A DNA stretch of 64,000 nt, from positions 1,248 to 65,247 of the forward strand of contig CAMVRE010000002.1 of the NCBI GenBank assembly GCA_947169825.1. Direction: 5' to 3'. Shown piece by piece: positions 48,946 to 58,481 of the stretch (position 1 is its first letter; each line of letters starts with the position of its first letter). The stretch comes from an uncultured Verrucomicrobiota bacterium. GTDB lineage: Bacteria > Verrucomicrobiota > Kiritimatiellia > RFP12 > UBA3636. A model generated the notes under the pieces. That model did not search any database. It was not told where the DNA came from and saw only the letters and a program-made list of their open reading frames with translations. A program made the translations under genes and the position numbers.

Positions 48946-49597
48946 CGTCTTCTTCCAGTTTCTCCAAGAGGTCGGCGGCGGAGAGGCGGCCGCGGCCGAA
49001 GCGGTCGAGCTCCTCGCGGACGGCGCGCAGGATGCGGTTGCGGATCTGGTAGACGGCGTTGGGCTTGAGCTTGAACTCGCGTCCGACGTCGGCCGGAGCC
49101 TCGCCCTCCAGCGCGACGCGGCGGAAGACGGCCTGCGTGTTCGGCGAGAAGCGTCCGGAGCGGAAGACGCGCTTGAGGGCGAGCGTCCAGATCCGGAGCA
49201 GGGTCTCCGACTCGCCGTCGGCGGCGGGCGGAGGCGCGGGGAGGGCGTCCGCGAGCGAGGGCGGAACGGGCGCCGGGCGGCGCTGGAGGCGGAGGACGGC
49301 GTTGCGGACGGCGCGCCGCAGGTAGGCGCGGAAGGAGCTGCGCCCGGGCACGTAGCGGAAGCCCGGCAGGGCGGAGCGTACGGCGAGGAAGACCTCCTGC
49401 ACGAGGTCGTCGCGGTCGAACGGCTGGATCGGCTCGTGCCCGATGCGGGACGCCGCCACGTAGCGGCGCAGGACCGGCTCGTAGAGCCGCGCGAACGCCT
49501 CCGCGCGCGGCGAGGCGGGGTTCGCGGCGAGTTCGCGCAGCAGCGTCTCGGAGGTGGTGGGCGTGCGCTCGTCCGCCGGGCGGTCCCGGCCGCTCAT
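48911..49597 (-). CDS. ECF-type sigma-70 family RNA polymerase sigma factor
   Basis: Last 228 codons of the artefactual 2706-aa track ORF. MSGRDRPADE...; region 2-like DDLVQEVFLAVRSALPGFRY...FRAYLRRAVRNAVL; region 4-like VFRRVALEGEAPADVGREFKLKPNAVYQIRNRILRAVREEL. The start overlaps the RND stop (ATGA). Confidence 0.8.
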   Translation of the reverse strand: MSGRDRPADERTPTTSETLLRELAANPASPRAEAFARLYEPVLRRYVAASRIGHEPIQPFDRDDLVQEVFLAVRSALPGFRYVPGRSSFRAYLRRAVRNAVLRLQRRPAPVPPSLADALPAPPPAADGESETLLRIWTLALKRVFRSGRFSPNTQAVFRRVALEGEAPADVGREFKLKPNAVYQIRNRILRAVREELDRFGRGRLSAADLLEKLEEDDAEVESLKSKV

Positions 49598-52500
49598 GCG
49601 CGCCTCCGGCGCTCGGCGATGTAGTAGAGGGTCGGGACGAGGACGAGGGAGACGACGGAGGCGAGGGCGAGGCCGCCCACGACGACGAGCCCGAGCGGAC
49701 GCCAGGTCGCGGAGCCGTCGCCGTGGCTCGTCGCCATCGGCATCATGCCGAGCACCGTGGTGCAGGTGGTGATCATCACCGGGCGCAGGCGCTGGCGGCC
49801 GCCCTCGACGATGGCCTCGCGCAGCGCCCGGCCGCGCGAGCGCAGGAGGTTCACGTAGTCCACGAGCACGATGGAGTTGTTCACGACGACGCCCACCAGC
49901 AGCACCATGCCGATGTAGGCCGACATCGAGAGCGGCGTCCCCGTGAGGTGCAGCACCGCCACGACGCCCGAGAAGGCGAACGGCACGCTGAACATGATGA
50001 GCAGCGGATGCAGCAGCGACTCGAACTGCGCCGCCATCACCATGTAGACGAGCACGATGCCGAGCAGGATCATCATCGTGAGCGCCTTCTCGCTCTTCTC
50101 TTGCTCCTCGATCATGCCGCCGTATTCCACGGAGACGCCGTTCGGCAGCACGATCTGCTCCGCGACGCGCCGGCGCACGTCCGCCATCACGTCGCCCTCG
50201 GGGCGGGCGTCGGTGGCGTCGAACTCGACGCTGACGACGCGCTGCTGGTTCTTGCGCGTGATGGTGACGGGCCCGGAGCCCTCGACGACCTGCGCGATGG
50301 CGTCGAGCCGCACGCGCCCGCCGCCGGGCAGCGGCAGCTCCGTGCGCCGGATGTCCTCGATCGACGCGCGGTCGGGCGCGGCGAGGCGCAGCGTGATGTC
50401 GTACTCGTCCTCGCCCTCGCGGTACTGCGAGGCGTCGTCGCCCTGGAAGAGCGCGGAGACGGTCTCCGTGATCTCCTGCATCGTGAGCCCCATCGCGGAG
50501 GCCTTGGCGCGGTCGATCGCGATCGAGAGCTCGGGCTTGCCCATGTCCTGCGAGACGCGCACGTCGCGCGAGCCGGGCGTCTCCTGCGCGATCCGCTTGA
50601 TGCGCTCGGCGATGGCGGTCGTCTCGTCGAGGTCCCAGCCGTAGACCTCGACGAGCAGGTTCGCGCCGCCGCCCATCAGGATGCGGTTGAGGAAGTTGCC
50701 GGAGTTGGAGAAGACCTTGACGATCTCCGGCCACCGCGAGACCTCGCGAGTGATCTCGTCGCCGTATTCGTCGGCGGTCTTGTCGCGGTATTTGGCATCG
50801 ACGAGCCGCAGGCGGATCGTGCCGGCGTGCGAGCCGCCGCCGCCGCCGAACCCGCCCGAGCCGCCGGCGCGGAGCATCTCGGAGACGATCTTGTCGTCGC
50901 CGCACACGCGGTGGACGACCTCGAGGATGCGGCGGCCGGTCTCGGCCGTGATCTCGTAGCGCGTGCTGAGCGGGAGCTGGTAGCTGATCGAGAGCTGGCC
51001 GGTGTCCTCCTTGCCCATGAACTCGCTGCCGAGCGAGCGGAAGCCCCAGACCGTGAGCGCGACGACGCCGACGGCGGCGAGCACGACGAGCCAGCGCGCG
51101 TGGAGCGCGCCGGAGAGCAGCCGCGCGTAGCCGCGCTCGAGCGCGGCGAGGCGCCCCTCGCTCCAGGCGTAGAAGCGCGCGTAGGCGCCGCGGCCCGCCG
51201 GCGGCGGGCGCAGCAGCTTCGAGGCGAGCATCGGCGTGAGGAGGAGCGAGCAGACGACCGACGCGACGAGCGTCGCCGTCACGATGCCGCCGAGCTGCCC
51301 GAGCATGATGCCCGTCACGCCGTCCACGAAGACGAGCGGCACGAACACGACGATCGTCGTCAGGGTCGAGGCGAGGATCGCCGTGCCGACCTCGTCCGCG
51401 CCGAACATCGCGGCTTCGCGCCGGCCCGTGCCGCGCGAGACGTGGGAGATGACGTTCTCGAGCACCACGACCGCGTTGTCGACGACCATGCCGACCGCGA
51501 GCGCGAGCGCCGAGAGGCTCATCAGGTTGATCGTCCAGCCCTTGAGGAACATGAACACCGACGCGATGATGAGCGAGAAGGGGATCGTGAGCGCGATGAC
51601 GAGCGAGGTGCGCGCCGAGCGCAGGAAGAAGAGCGTCACCAGGACGACGAAGAGGCCGCCCCACAGCACGGTCTTCCCGACCGAGCGGATCGACTTGCCG
51701 ATCATGTCGCTCGTGTCGAACACGAGGTCGATCGAGTAGTCCGCCGGGAGGTTCGCCTTGATCTCCTCGAGCTTGTCCATCACGCGGCGCGCGACGGCCA
51801 TCGTGTTCTCGCCCGAGCGCTTCTGCACGTCGACCATCATGCCGGCGCGGCCCATGCGCTCCACGACGCGCGTCTCCTCCGCGAAGCCGTCCTCCACGCG
51901 CGCCACGTCGGAGACGCGCACGACCTTGTCGCCGTCGCGCTTCACCACGACGAGACCGACCTCCTCCGGCGTCGCGAACTCGCCCGGCACGCGGATCGTG
52001 TAGTCGACCGTGCCGATCTTCACGTTGCCCGCCGGCTCCGTCTGGTTGTCCGCGTCGATCGCCGCCGCGATCGCGGCGACCGAGAGGCCGTGGGCCGAGA
52101 GCTTCGCGGGATCGAGGTGGACGTTGATCTGGCGCTCCAGGCCGCCGAACGCCTCCGCCGTGCCGACGCCGGGGACGCGCTTGAGGACGTCGACGATGTC
52201 GTCGTTCACCGTGTCCTCGAGCTTCTCGATGTTCTCGGTCGCGGTGACGGAGAAGCCGAGGATCGGCATGTTGGCGGTGTTGAACTTGAACATCACCGGG
52301 TCGTCGGCGTCGTCCGGCAGGCGGCGCTTGGCGCGCTCGAGCAGGTCGCGCATGTCGTTCGCGGCCTCCCCCAGCTCCGTGCCCCACTTGAACTTGCACG
52401 TCACGCGCGAGACGCCCTCGCTCGTCGTCGAGGTGATCTCGTCGAGGTCGGTGACGGAGCCGAGCGCGCTCTCGATGACGCGGGTGATCTGCTGCTCGAC

Positions 52501-52674
52501 GTCCTCGGTCGAGGCGCCGTCCCAGCGCGTGAAGACGGAGATCGACGGGCTCTCGATCTCGGGCATCATGTCGATCGCGAGGCGCTGCCACGCGATGACG
52601 CCGAGGAGGAACACCGCGACGAACGCCATGAGCGTCGCCACGGGCCGTTTGACGCCGGTCTCGGAAAGCTTCAT
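49594..52674 (-). CDS. RND-family efflux transporter permease (AcrB/HAE1-like)
   Basis: 1026 aa. MKLSETGVKRPVATLMAFVAVFLLGVIAWQRLAIDMMPEIESPSISV... The 12-TM, two-large-loop organisation and its size are typical of this family. Confidence 0.9.
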   Translation of the reverse strand: MKLSETGVKRPVATLMAFVAVFLLGVIAWQRLAIDMMPEIESPSISVFTRWDGASTEDVEQQITRVIESALGSVTDLDEITSTTSEGVSRVTCKFKWGTELGEAANDMRDLLERAKRRLPDDADDPVMFKFNTANMPILGFSVTATENIEKLEDTVNDDIVDVLKRVPGVGTAEAFGGLERQINVHLDPAKLSAHGLSVAAIAAAIDADNQTEPAGNVKIGTVDYTIRVPGEFATPEEVGLVVVKRDGDKVVRVSDVARVEDGFAEETRVVERMGRAGMMVDVQKRSGENTMAVARRVMDKLEEIKANLPADYSIDLVFDTSDMIGKSIRSVGKTVLWGGLFVVLVTLFFLRSARTSLVIALTIPFSLIIASVFMFLKGWTINLMSLSALALAVGMVVDNAVVVLENVISHVSRGTGRREAAMFGADEVGTAILASTLTTIVVFVPLVFVDGVTGIMLGQLGGIVTATLVASVVCSLLLTPMLASKLLRPPPAGRGAYARFYAWSEGRLAALERGYARLLSGALHARWLVVLAAVGVVALTVWGFRSLGSEFMGKEDTGQLSISYQLPLSTRYEITAETGRRILEVVHRVCGDDKIVSEMLRAGGSGGFGGGGGSHAGTIRLRLVDAKYRDKTADEYGDEITREVSRWPEIVKVFSNSGNFLNRILMGGGANLLVEVYGWDLDETTAIAERIKRIAQETPGSRDVRVSQDMGKPELSIAIDRAKASAMGLTMQEITETVSALFQGDDASQYREGEDEYDITLRLAAPDRASIEDIRRTELPLPGGGRVRLDAIAQVVEGSGPVTITRKNQQRVVSVEFDATDARPEGDVMADVRRRVAEQIVLPNGVSVEYGGMIEEQEKSEKALTMMILLGIVLVYMVMAAQFESLLHPLLIMFSVPFAFSGVVAVLHLTGTPLSMSAYIGMVLLVGVVVNNSIVLVDYVNLLRSRGRALREAIVEGGRQRLRPVMITTCTTVLGMMPMATSHGDGSATWRPLGLVVVGGLALASVVSLVLVPTLYYIAERRRRA

Positions 52675-52680
52675 GGCGGG

Positions 52681-53763
52681 CTACTCCACGACGCGGACCG
52701 CGGCGCCGTCGGCGAGGCGGTGGAGACCGTCGACGACGATCTCGTCGCCCTCGGAAAGGCCGGAGACGATCTCCACGACGTCGTCGTGGCGGAGGCCGAC
52801 CGTAACATCGGCGAGGACCGCTTTGCCGCCTGCGACCTTGTAGACGCAGCGGCGGTCGCGGATGCGGAGCACCGCCTCGAACGGGACGACGAGCACGTCC
52901 GCGCGCTCGTCGAGCGCGAAGGCGCCGGTGGCATACATCCCGGGACGGAACTTGCCGTCGGGGTTCGGGAGGAGCGCGCGGACCGTCACGGTTCGCGTGG
53001 CGGGGTCCGCCGCGGGATAGGCCTCGTCGACGACGAGGTCGGCGGGATCGTCCGGGTAGGCGTCCACCGTCACGCGGACCTTCGTCTCGCCGGGCCTGAG
53101 GAGCGGCAGCGCCGTCGTCGGCACCTCGAAGAGCGCGCGCAGCGGATCGGTCGCGACAACCGTGTAGATCTCGCTCGTGGCGGTGACCATCGCGCCGGGA
53201 TGGAGGCGCTTGGCGGCGACGACGCCGTCCATCGGCGCGCGCACGACGCACTCCTCCAGGTCGAGCTCCGCCTTCGCGAGTCCTCCCTCGGCCTGGGCGA
53301 GCGAGGCGGCGGTGCGGTCGCGCGCGAAGCGGGCGACATCGAACTCCTGCTCCGTGGAGACCTTCGCCGCGCGGAGCTTCTCCGTGCGGGCGAACTCGCT
53401 CGCGGCGTCCTCCGCGAGCGCGCGGGCCGCCTCGGCGGCGGCCTTGGCGGAGTCGCGGGCGATGCGGTACTCGCGGTCGTCGAGGCGGGCGACGGCGTCG
53501 CCCTTCCGGACGCGCGCGCCCTCCTCGACGGGCGTGCCGTCGTCGAGCGCGGTCGAGGCGAGGCGCCCCGGGACCTTCGCGCAGAGCGAGACCTCGGCGG
53601 GCGCGGCGAGCGAGCCGGTCTTGACGAGCGTCTGCGCGATCGTGCGGCGCTCGGGCCGCGCGGTGCGCACGGCGAAGACCTTCGCCGCCGCCGGCTCCTG
53701 CGCGGCGGCGCCCGCCGCGACGAGCGCCGCGGCCAGCGCCGGAAAGAGTGAATGTCCGTTCAT
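52681..53763 (-). CDS. RND efflux periplasmic adaptor (membrane fusion protein)
   Basis: 360 aa. It has a signal-like N-terminus, then the lipoyl/hairpin/beta-barrel pattern (VKTGSLAAPAEVSLCAKVPGRL..., VRKGDAVARLDDREY, ...RAPMDGVVA...) and sits immediately upstream of the RND gene. Confidence 0.85.
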   Translation of the reverse strand: MNGHSLFPALAAALVAAGAAAQEPAAAKVFAVRTARPERRTIAQTLVKTGSLAAPAEVSLCAKVPGRLASTALDDGTPVEEGARVRKGDAVARLDDREYRIARDSAKAAAEAARALAEDAASEFARTEKLRAAKVSTEQEFDVARFARDRTAASLAQAEGGLAKAELDLEECVVRAPMDGVVAAKRLHPGAMVTATSEIYTVVATDPLRALFEVPTTALPLLRPGETKVRVTVDAYPDDPADLVVDEAYPAADPATRTVTVRALLPNPDGKFRPGMYATGAFALDERADVLVVPFEAVLRIRDRRCVYKVAGGKAVLADVTVGLRHDDVVEIVSGLSEGDEIVVDGLHRLADGAAVRVVE

Positions 53764-53820
53764 GGGAGGAAGAATACCAGAAACGGGGCCGCCTTGCCAG
53801 TCCGGGGACGGGCGGGGCGG

Positions 53821-54750
53821 CTAGCCCGCGAAGGCGGCCGCAGCGGCCTCGACCGAGGAAACGGAGTTCGCGTTGAGGAGCTTGGCGCCGGGAAGGGCTC
53901 GCTTCAGCATGCCCGTGAGGACGGCGCCGGGGCCGAACTCGACGAACGTGCCGGCGCCGAGCGCGGACATCGCGGCGGTGTCGTCGGTCCAGCGCACGGG
54001 GTGCGCGATCTGGGCGAGCATCGCGGCGCGGATGTCGTCGGGCGAGCCGTGCGGGCGCCCGGTGTAGTTGGAGAGGACGGGGACGGCGGGGGCGCGGAAG
54101 GCGACCCCGGCGAGGACGGGGGCGAGCTTTTCCGCGGCGGGGGCCATGAAGGGGCTGTGGTAGGCGCCGGCGGTCTGGAGGACGACCCCGCGGCCGCCGC
54201 GCGCCGTCGCGGCGGCCGCGGCGGCGGCGACCTGCTCGCGCGTGCCGCCGAGGACCGTCTGGAGCGCGGCGTTGTAGTTCGTGACGGCGCAGCCCGTCTC
54301 CGCGGCGATCGCCTCGCACGCGGCGGGGTCGAGCTTGAGGATCGAGACCATGGCGGAGGGGTTCGCCTCGCACGCCTCCTGCATGAAGCGGCCGCGCGCG
54401 GCGAGGACGCGCACGGCGTCGTCGAACGACACGGCCCCGGCGGCCCAGAGCGCGGTCCACTCGCCGAGACTGAGGCCGGCCATCGCGGCGAACGGCACGT
54501 CCGGCGCGAGCGCGCGGAAGGCGGTCCAGGCGGCCGCGCTCGCGACGAAGATCGCGGGCTGGCAGACGTCGGTGCGGGTGAGGCGCTCGACGGGCCCCTC
54601 GAAGACGGCTTCGGAGAGGGACCAGCCGAGGATGGAGTCGGCGCGGTCGAAGAGGGCGCGGCATTCGGGGCGGGACTCGGCCAGGTCGCGGCCCATGCCG
54701 ACGGCCTGGGCGCCCTGGCCGGCGAAGAGAGCGGCGTTCTTGTCGTTCAT
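53821..54750 (-). CDS. fabD: Malonyl-CoA:ACP transacylase
   Basis: 309 aa. FAGQGAQAVGMG, the active-site motif GLSLGEW, and YHSPFM. Confidence 0.9.
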   Translation of the reverse strand: MNDKNAALFAGQGAQAVGMGRDLAESRPECRALFDRADSILGWSLSEAVFEGPVERLTRTDVCQPAIFVASAAAWTAFRALAPDVPFAAMAGLSLGEWTALWAAGAVSFDDAVRVLAARGRFMQEACEANPSAMVSILKLDPAACEAIAAETGCAVTNYNAALQTVLGGTREQVAAAAAAATARGGRGVVLQTAGAYHSPFMAPAAEKLAPVLAGVAFRAPAVPVLSNYTGRPHGSPDDIRAAMLAQIAHPVRWTDDTAAMSALGAGTFVEFGPGAVLTGMLKRALPGAKLLNANSVSSVEAAAAAFAG

Positions 54751-54834
54751 GGCGGCGATTGGGGGATCGGGGTTCGGAAGGGCGCGGATTCTCGCACAAA
54801 ACCCCGGATTTGTGAACTCCGAAATCGGAGGCGG

Positions 54835-57762
54835 CTACGGGCGGGCGGCGGGCGGGCCGAGAAGCCGGTCGACCAGGCCGAGCCGGAAACGGACCTCGGC
54901 GCGGAGGGCGTCGACCTCGGCGGCGAAGTCGGTCGCGCCGCCCAGGGGCGGGACGACGCGGTAGTCCTCGTCCATGAAGGGCTCGAGGGCCGGCGCCCGC
55001 TCGTCGATCCACGCGTCGAGCGACGACTCGGCGAGCGGTCCCTCGCGCAGCTCCCTCCACCGCCGGCGGACGCGTTCCCGGAACCCGGGGACGGACGAGA
55101 AGAGCCGCCCGAAGAGGGGCGAGACGAGGAGCGACGTCCGGGCGTAGGCGCCGGCGGGGGCGACGAGGAACGTCTTGTCGTAGTCCCACGGCAGGAGCTC
55201 CCAGCGGCCGTCCTCGGCGCGGAGGCCGGCGTATTGGTTGGTGACGCGGCCGTCCTCGTTGCCGGTGAAGTTGACGAGGAGGAAGAAGTCGACCAGCTCG
55301 TCCAGGTCGAAGCGCTCCGCGGCGGCGGCGGCGAACGCGGCGGCGTCCGACTCCGCGACGAACCGCGCGATGTCGAGGAACGGCCCGTAGGGGTTCGCGC
55401 CGGGGCCGCCTTCCCCGTCGCCGCGGTCCACGCGGTCGACGACCTCGGCGGAGGCGCCCGCGGAGAGCCAGAGCCCGGTCGGGGCGCGGACCTTGTAGAG
55501 CGCGGAGAAGGGCTCGGAGAGCACGTCCTGCAGGCGCGGGCAGCATTCCCAGACCCCCGCGTAGGCGCCGTTCACAAAGACCTCGGTCCAGAAGACGGGG
55601 GCCGCGCGGGCCGTCCCCTCGGGCGACACGGCCCGGAAGGCGTCGAAGGAGAGGGCGTTGCGAAGGCGCGTCGCGTCGGAGTAGCCGGAGAGCAGCAGCA
55701 GGTGCCGGACGGGCTCCGGCGCGCCGGGAAACTGGACGGGCGCGTCGAACTTGAGGTTGATCGAACGCCGCCTGCCGGCGACGTAGCTGGTGTTGCCGCG
55801 CAGCTTCGCGCCGCCGCCGCCGGCGCCGGTGCCGGAGAGCCAGACGGGCTCCGGGTCGTCGCCCGCGGAGACGCGGAGGCAGACGAAGTCGGTGCGCGCG
55901 AGCTTGTCGAGCGGCCGTCCGAAATGGAGGAAGAGGGCGGGCAGTCCGGGCTCCTCCGGCATGACGCGGAACCGGTAGGTCCGCTCGGGGCGGCCCGGGG
56001 CGGACGCCGCGAGCTCGACGAAGCGCGGGCGGCCGTCCTCCGGGCGCCGGACGCGGCCCTTCGGGGAGATCGTGGCGGGGTCGGAGCTCCGCCACGCGAC
56101 GCCGGGGCCGGCGGCGTCGAGATCGAGGTCCTCCGTGACGTAGAGCGCGGCGCGGTTTCCGCCGAGGAGAGCGTCGGGGCCCGGCTCCGGCTCGGGCAGG
56201 AGGTAGGTCTCGCGGTTGCGGACGTGGCGCTTCTCGAGCGCGGCGGCCTCGGCGGGCCCGAGGGGGAACGAGGGGTCGGTCCGAAGCAGCGAGAGCATTC
56301 GGTTCCACGCCTTGTCGCGTTCGGGGCCCGTGAGCCCGGCGCCGGAGGCGGGATCGGTCGCGGGCGCGGAGAAGTGCATCCGGTCGGGGCGCGTGACGTC
56401 GCGGGCGCCGGTGGCGAACCACGGCGCGGCGGGCCCTTCGAACGGGACGAGGCAGTAGAGCCCGAGGAAGTCGCCGTCGAGATGGAGGCGGACGAGGACG
56501 GAGGGGTCGAGCGGGAGCGGGCGGGCGGCGTCCGGGTGGCGCGCGCCGAACTGTTCGGGGGGGAAGAGGCGGACGAGGCCGGAGCCGTCGCCGAAGAGCC
56601 CTCCCTCCGCGGCGAGGACGAACGCCGGGCGCGCGGCGCCGGGGGCGCCGGGGACGATCTCGTCGAGCCAGGCGCCGATGCGCTCCGTGCGGCCGCGGAA
56701 GGAGGCCTGGACGCGGCGGGCCTTGGCGCCGCGGTCCGTCCGGAACCCCGACGCGAGCGCCTCCAGGTGGGCGGCGCGGAAGTGGCGCGCGTCGGCGCGG
56801 GAGAGCCGCAGCTCGAGGGCGGGGATCGAGCGGTTGAGGAGGGCGGGGGCCGTCCCGGCGGCGCGGAACGCGCCGAGCGTTCCGAGCAGCGAGCGGAAGG
56901 ATGCGGCCCGGGCCTCGCGGGCCCTCAGGCGCGCGGCGAGGCGCGGCTCGAGCAGGTCCGGGATCGGCCGGCGCGCGGCGGCGAGCCGGGCGACCTCGGC
57001 GGCGTCGAGCGCGCGGCGGAAGGCGCACCATTCGTCCACGTCCATCGAGGGCGGAAAGTGGCCGTCCGTCCCGAACGAGACGTGGTGGGGCCGGAAGGAG
57101 AGGGGAGGGGAGGCGGCGCAGGAGTCGTCCGCGGCGCCGTCCACGTAGAGCGCGGCGCCGCCCTCGCCGATCGCGAGGGCGACGTGGGCGAAGCGCCCGG
57201 GCGCCGGGGCGGGCGCCGAGAGGACGCGGAGGCCGGAGGCGTCGCCGAAGGAGGCCTCCAGGCGCCCGTCGAGAAGGCGGAGGCCGAGGCCGGTCGTCTC
57301 GTCCCGGTCCCAGACGAGCCGGCGCTCGCCGGCGGAGTCGCCCTCCTCCGGGAACCGCGCCCAGAACGCCAGCGTGATCCCGCCGCGCGCGAAGGGCGAC
57401 CAGCGCTGCTTGAGGGCGACGAGGTTCTCGCCGGGGCGGCCGTCGAACCGGCGCGCCGAGCCGAAGACGCCCGGGACGCGGACGGCGGCCGTCCCGAGCA
57501 GCGGGATGCCCGTGACGAGGTCCGCCGGCGCGCGTTCGTCGAGCGGCGCGTAGAACTCGAGCCCGTGACCGTTCCGGAGCGCCGAGACGAGACGGCCGCG
57601 CGCGCGGTCCGTCTTGCGGTCGAGGCTCGCGAGGATCTTCGCGGCGAAGATCCAGGAGGACGCGAGCGCCGCGGCCGCGATCGCGAGGATCGCGAGCGAG
57701 GCGATGCGCGCGGCGCGGGCGATCGCGACGCGGGTGCCGGTGCCGGAGCGGGCGGTGCGCAT
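54835..57762 (-). CDS. CotH-family protein with N-terminal membrane anchor and LamG/concanavalin-like region
   Basis: 975 aa. N-terminal TM helix IASLAILAIAAAALASSWIF. The LamG-like block is ITLAFWARF...GLGLRLLDGRLEASFGD...HVALAIGEGGAALYVDGA. The CotH-like C-terminal region ends ...NQYAGLRAEDGRWELLPWDYDKTF. Confidence 0.7.
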   Translation of the reverse strand: MRTARSGTGTRVAIARAARIASLAILAIAAAALASSWIFAAKILASLDRKTDRARGRLVSALRNGHGLEFYAPLDERAPADLVTGIPLLGTAAVRVPGVFGSARRFDGRPGENLVALKQRWSPFARGGITLAFWARFPEEGDSAGERRLVWDRDETTGLGLRLLDGRLEASFGDASGLRVLSAPAPAPGRFAHVALAIGEGGAALYVDGAADDSCAASPPLSFRPHHVSFGTDGHFPPSMDVDEWCAFRRALDAAEVARLAAARRPIPDLLEPRLAARLRAREARAASFRSLLGTLGAFRAAGTAPALLNRSIPALELRLSRADARHFRAAHLEALASGFRTDRGAKARRVQASFRGRTERIGAWLDEIVPGAPGAARPAFVLAAEGGLFGDGSGLVRLFPPEQFGARHPDAARPLPLDPSVLVRLHLDGDFLGLYCLVPFEGPAAPWFATGARDVTRPDRMHFSAPATDPASGAGLTGPERDKAWNRMLSLLRTDPSFPLGPAEAAALEKRHVRNRETYLLPEPEPGPDALLGGNRAALYVTEDLDLDAAGPGVAWRSSDPATISPKGRVRRPEDGRPRFVELAASAPGRPERTYRFRVMPEEPGLPALFLHFGRPLDKLARTDFVCLRVSAGDDPEPVWLSGTGAGGGGAKLRGNTSYVAGRRRSINLKFDAPVQFPGAPEPVRHLLLLSGYSDATRLRNALSFDAFRAVSPEGTARAAPVFWTEVFVNGAYAGVWECCPRLQDVLSEPFSALYKVRAPTGLWLSAGASAEVVDRVDRGDGEGGPGANPYGPFLDIARFVAESDAAAFAAAAAERFDLDELVDFFLLVNFTGNEDGRVTNQYAGLRAEDGRWELLPWDYDKTFLVAPAGAYARTSLLVSPLFGRLFSSVPGFRERVRRRWRELREGPLAESSLDAWIDERAPALEPFMDEDYRVVPPLGGATDFAAEVDALRAEVRFRLGLVDRLLGPPAARP

Positions 57763-57778
57763 GGCGGGCGCGGGCGCG

Positions 57779-58480
57779 CTAGCGGATGCCGCCGGGCCGC
57801 TCGAGGAAGACGTTCACCGCGGCGAACGGCGCGGCGGCGAAGAGCGCCTTCTGGAGCTCCGACGCGTCGCGCAGGCCGCCGAAGACGTATTGGTTGGTGG
57901 ACATCCCGTTGCGCGTCGAGGCGCTCTCGAGCGTGTAGCGCGGCAGGTGCGCCGCGAGGGCCTTCTCGATCTCGTCCGCCTTCGCGAGCGCGGCCTCGGC
58001 GGGGAGGGTGAGGACCAGCACGCCGTCGCGCCGCAGCCAGCGCACCGCCGCCGCGCCGCGCGCCGCGACGAGCGCCGCGAGCGCGAAGAGGTAGAGGTAG
58101 AGGATGAAGGCGAACTGCTTCGTCGCCGCGCAGATCGCCGCCGCGATGACGAGCATGATGAACCCGACCTCCTCCGGCTCCTTGATCGGCGTGCGGAAGC
58201 GGATGATCGAGAGCGAGCCGAGCAGGCCCAGGGAGAGCGGCAGCGAGAGCTGCACGCCGATGAAGAGCGTCGTCACCGCGAGCGAGAGCAGCGGGAAGGC
58301 GCGGTGGATCTGGCTCCCGGTGCCGCGACGCTCGTAGAAGAAGCGGTAGAGCAGCGACGCGGCGGCGGCCGCGGCGAGCGAGACGAGCAGCGCGGCGAGG
58401 AAGTCGCCGACGGACATCTGCTCCTGGACGGCGAGGAAGCCGTCGCCGACCGAGTCGGGGGAGAAGGCGGAGAGTTTCAT
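57779..58480 (-). CDS. DUF4956-family membrane protein
   Basis: 233 aa. LSLGLLGSLSIIRFRTPIKEPEEVGFIMLVIAAAI matches the GALSIVRFRT.IKDP signature of DUF4956. Confidence 0.7.
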   Translation of the reverse strand: MKLSAFSPDSVGDGFLAVQEQMSVGDFLAALLVSLAAAAAASLLYRFFYERRGTGSQIHRAFPLLSLAVTTLFIGVQLSLPLSLGLLGSLSIIRFRTPIKEPEEVGFIMLVIAAAICAATKQFAFILYLYLFALAALVAARGAAAVRWLRRDGVLVLTLPAEAALAKADEIEKALAAHLPRYTLESASTRNGMSTNQYVFGGLRDASELQKALFAAAPFAAVNVFLERPGGIR

Positions 58481-58481
58481 T

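Noticed and set aside
48911-57031. 2706-aa minus-strand ORF in the track
   Set aside because: This is an artefact of stop-codon scarcity in GC-rich DNA. Its translation is Arg/Pro/Ala/Gly-rich nonsense and it overlaps, out of frame, well-supported genes (RND 49594-52674, MFP, fabD, CotH). Only its last 228 codons (48911-49597), a recognisable ECF sigma factor, are real.
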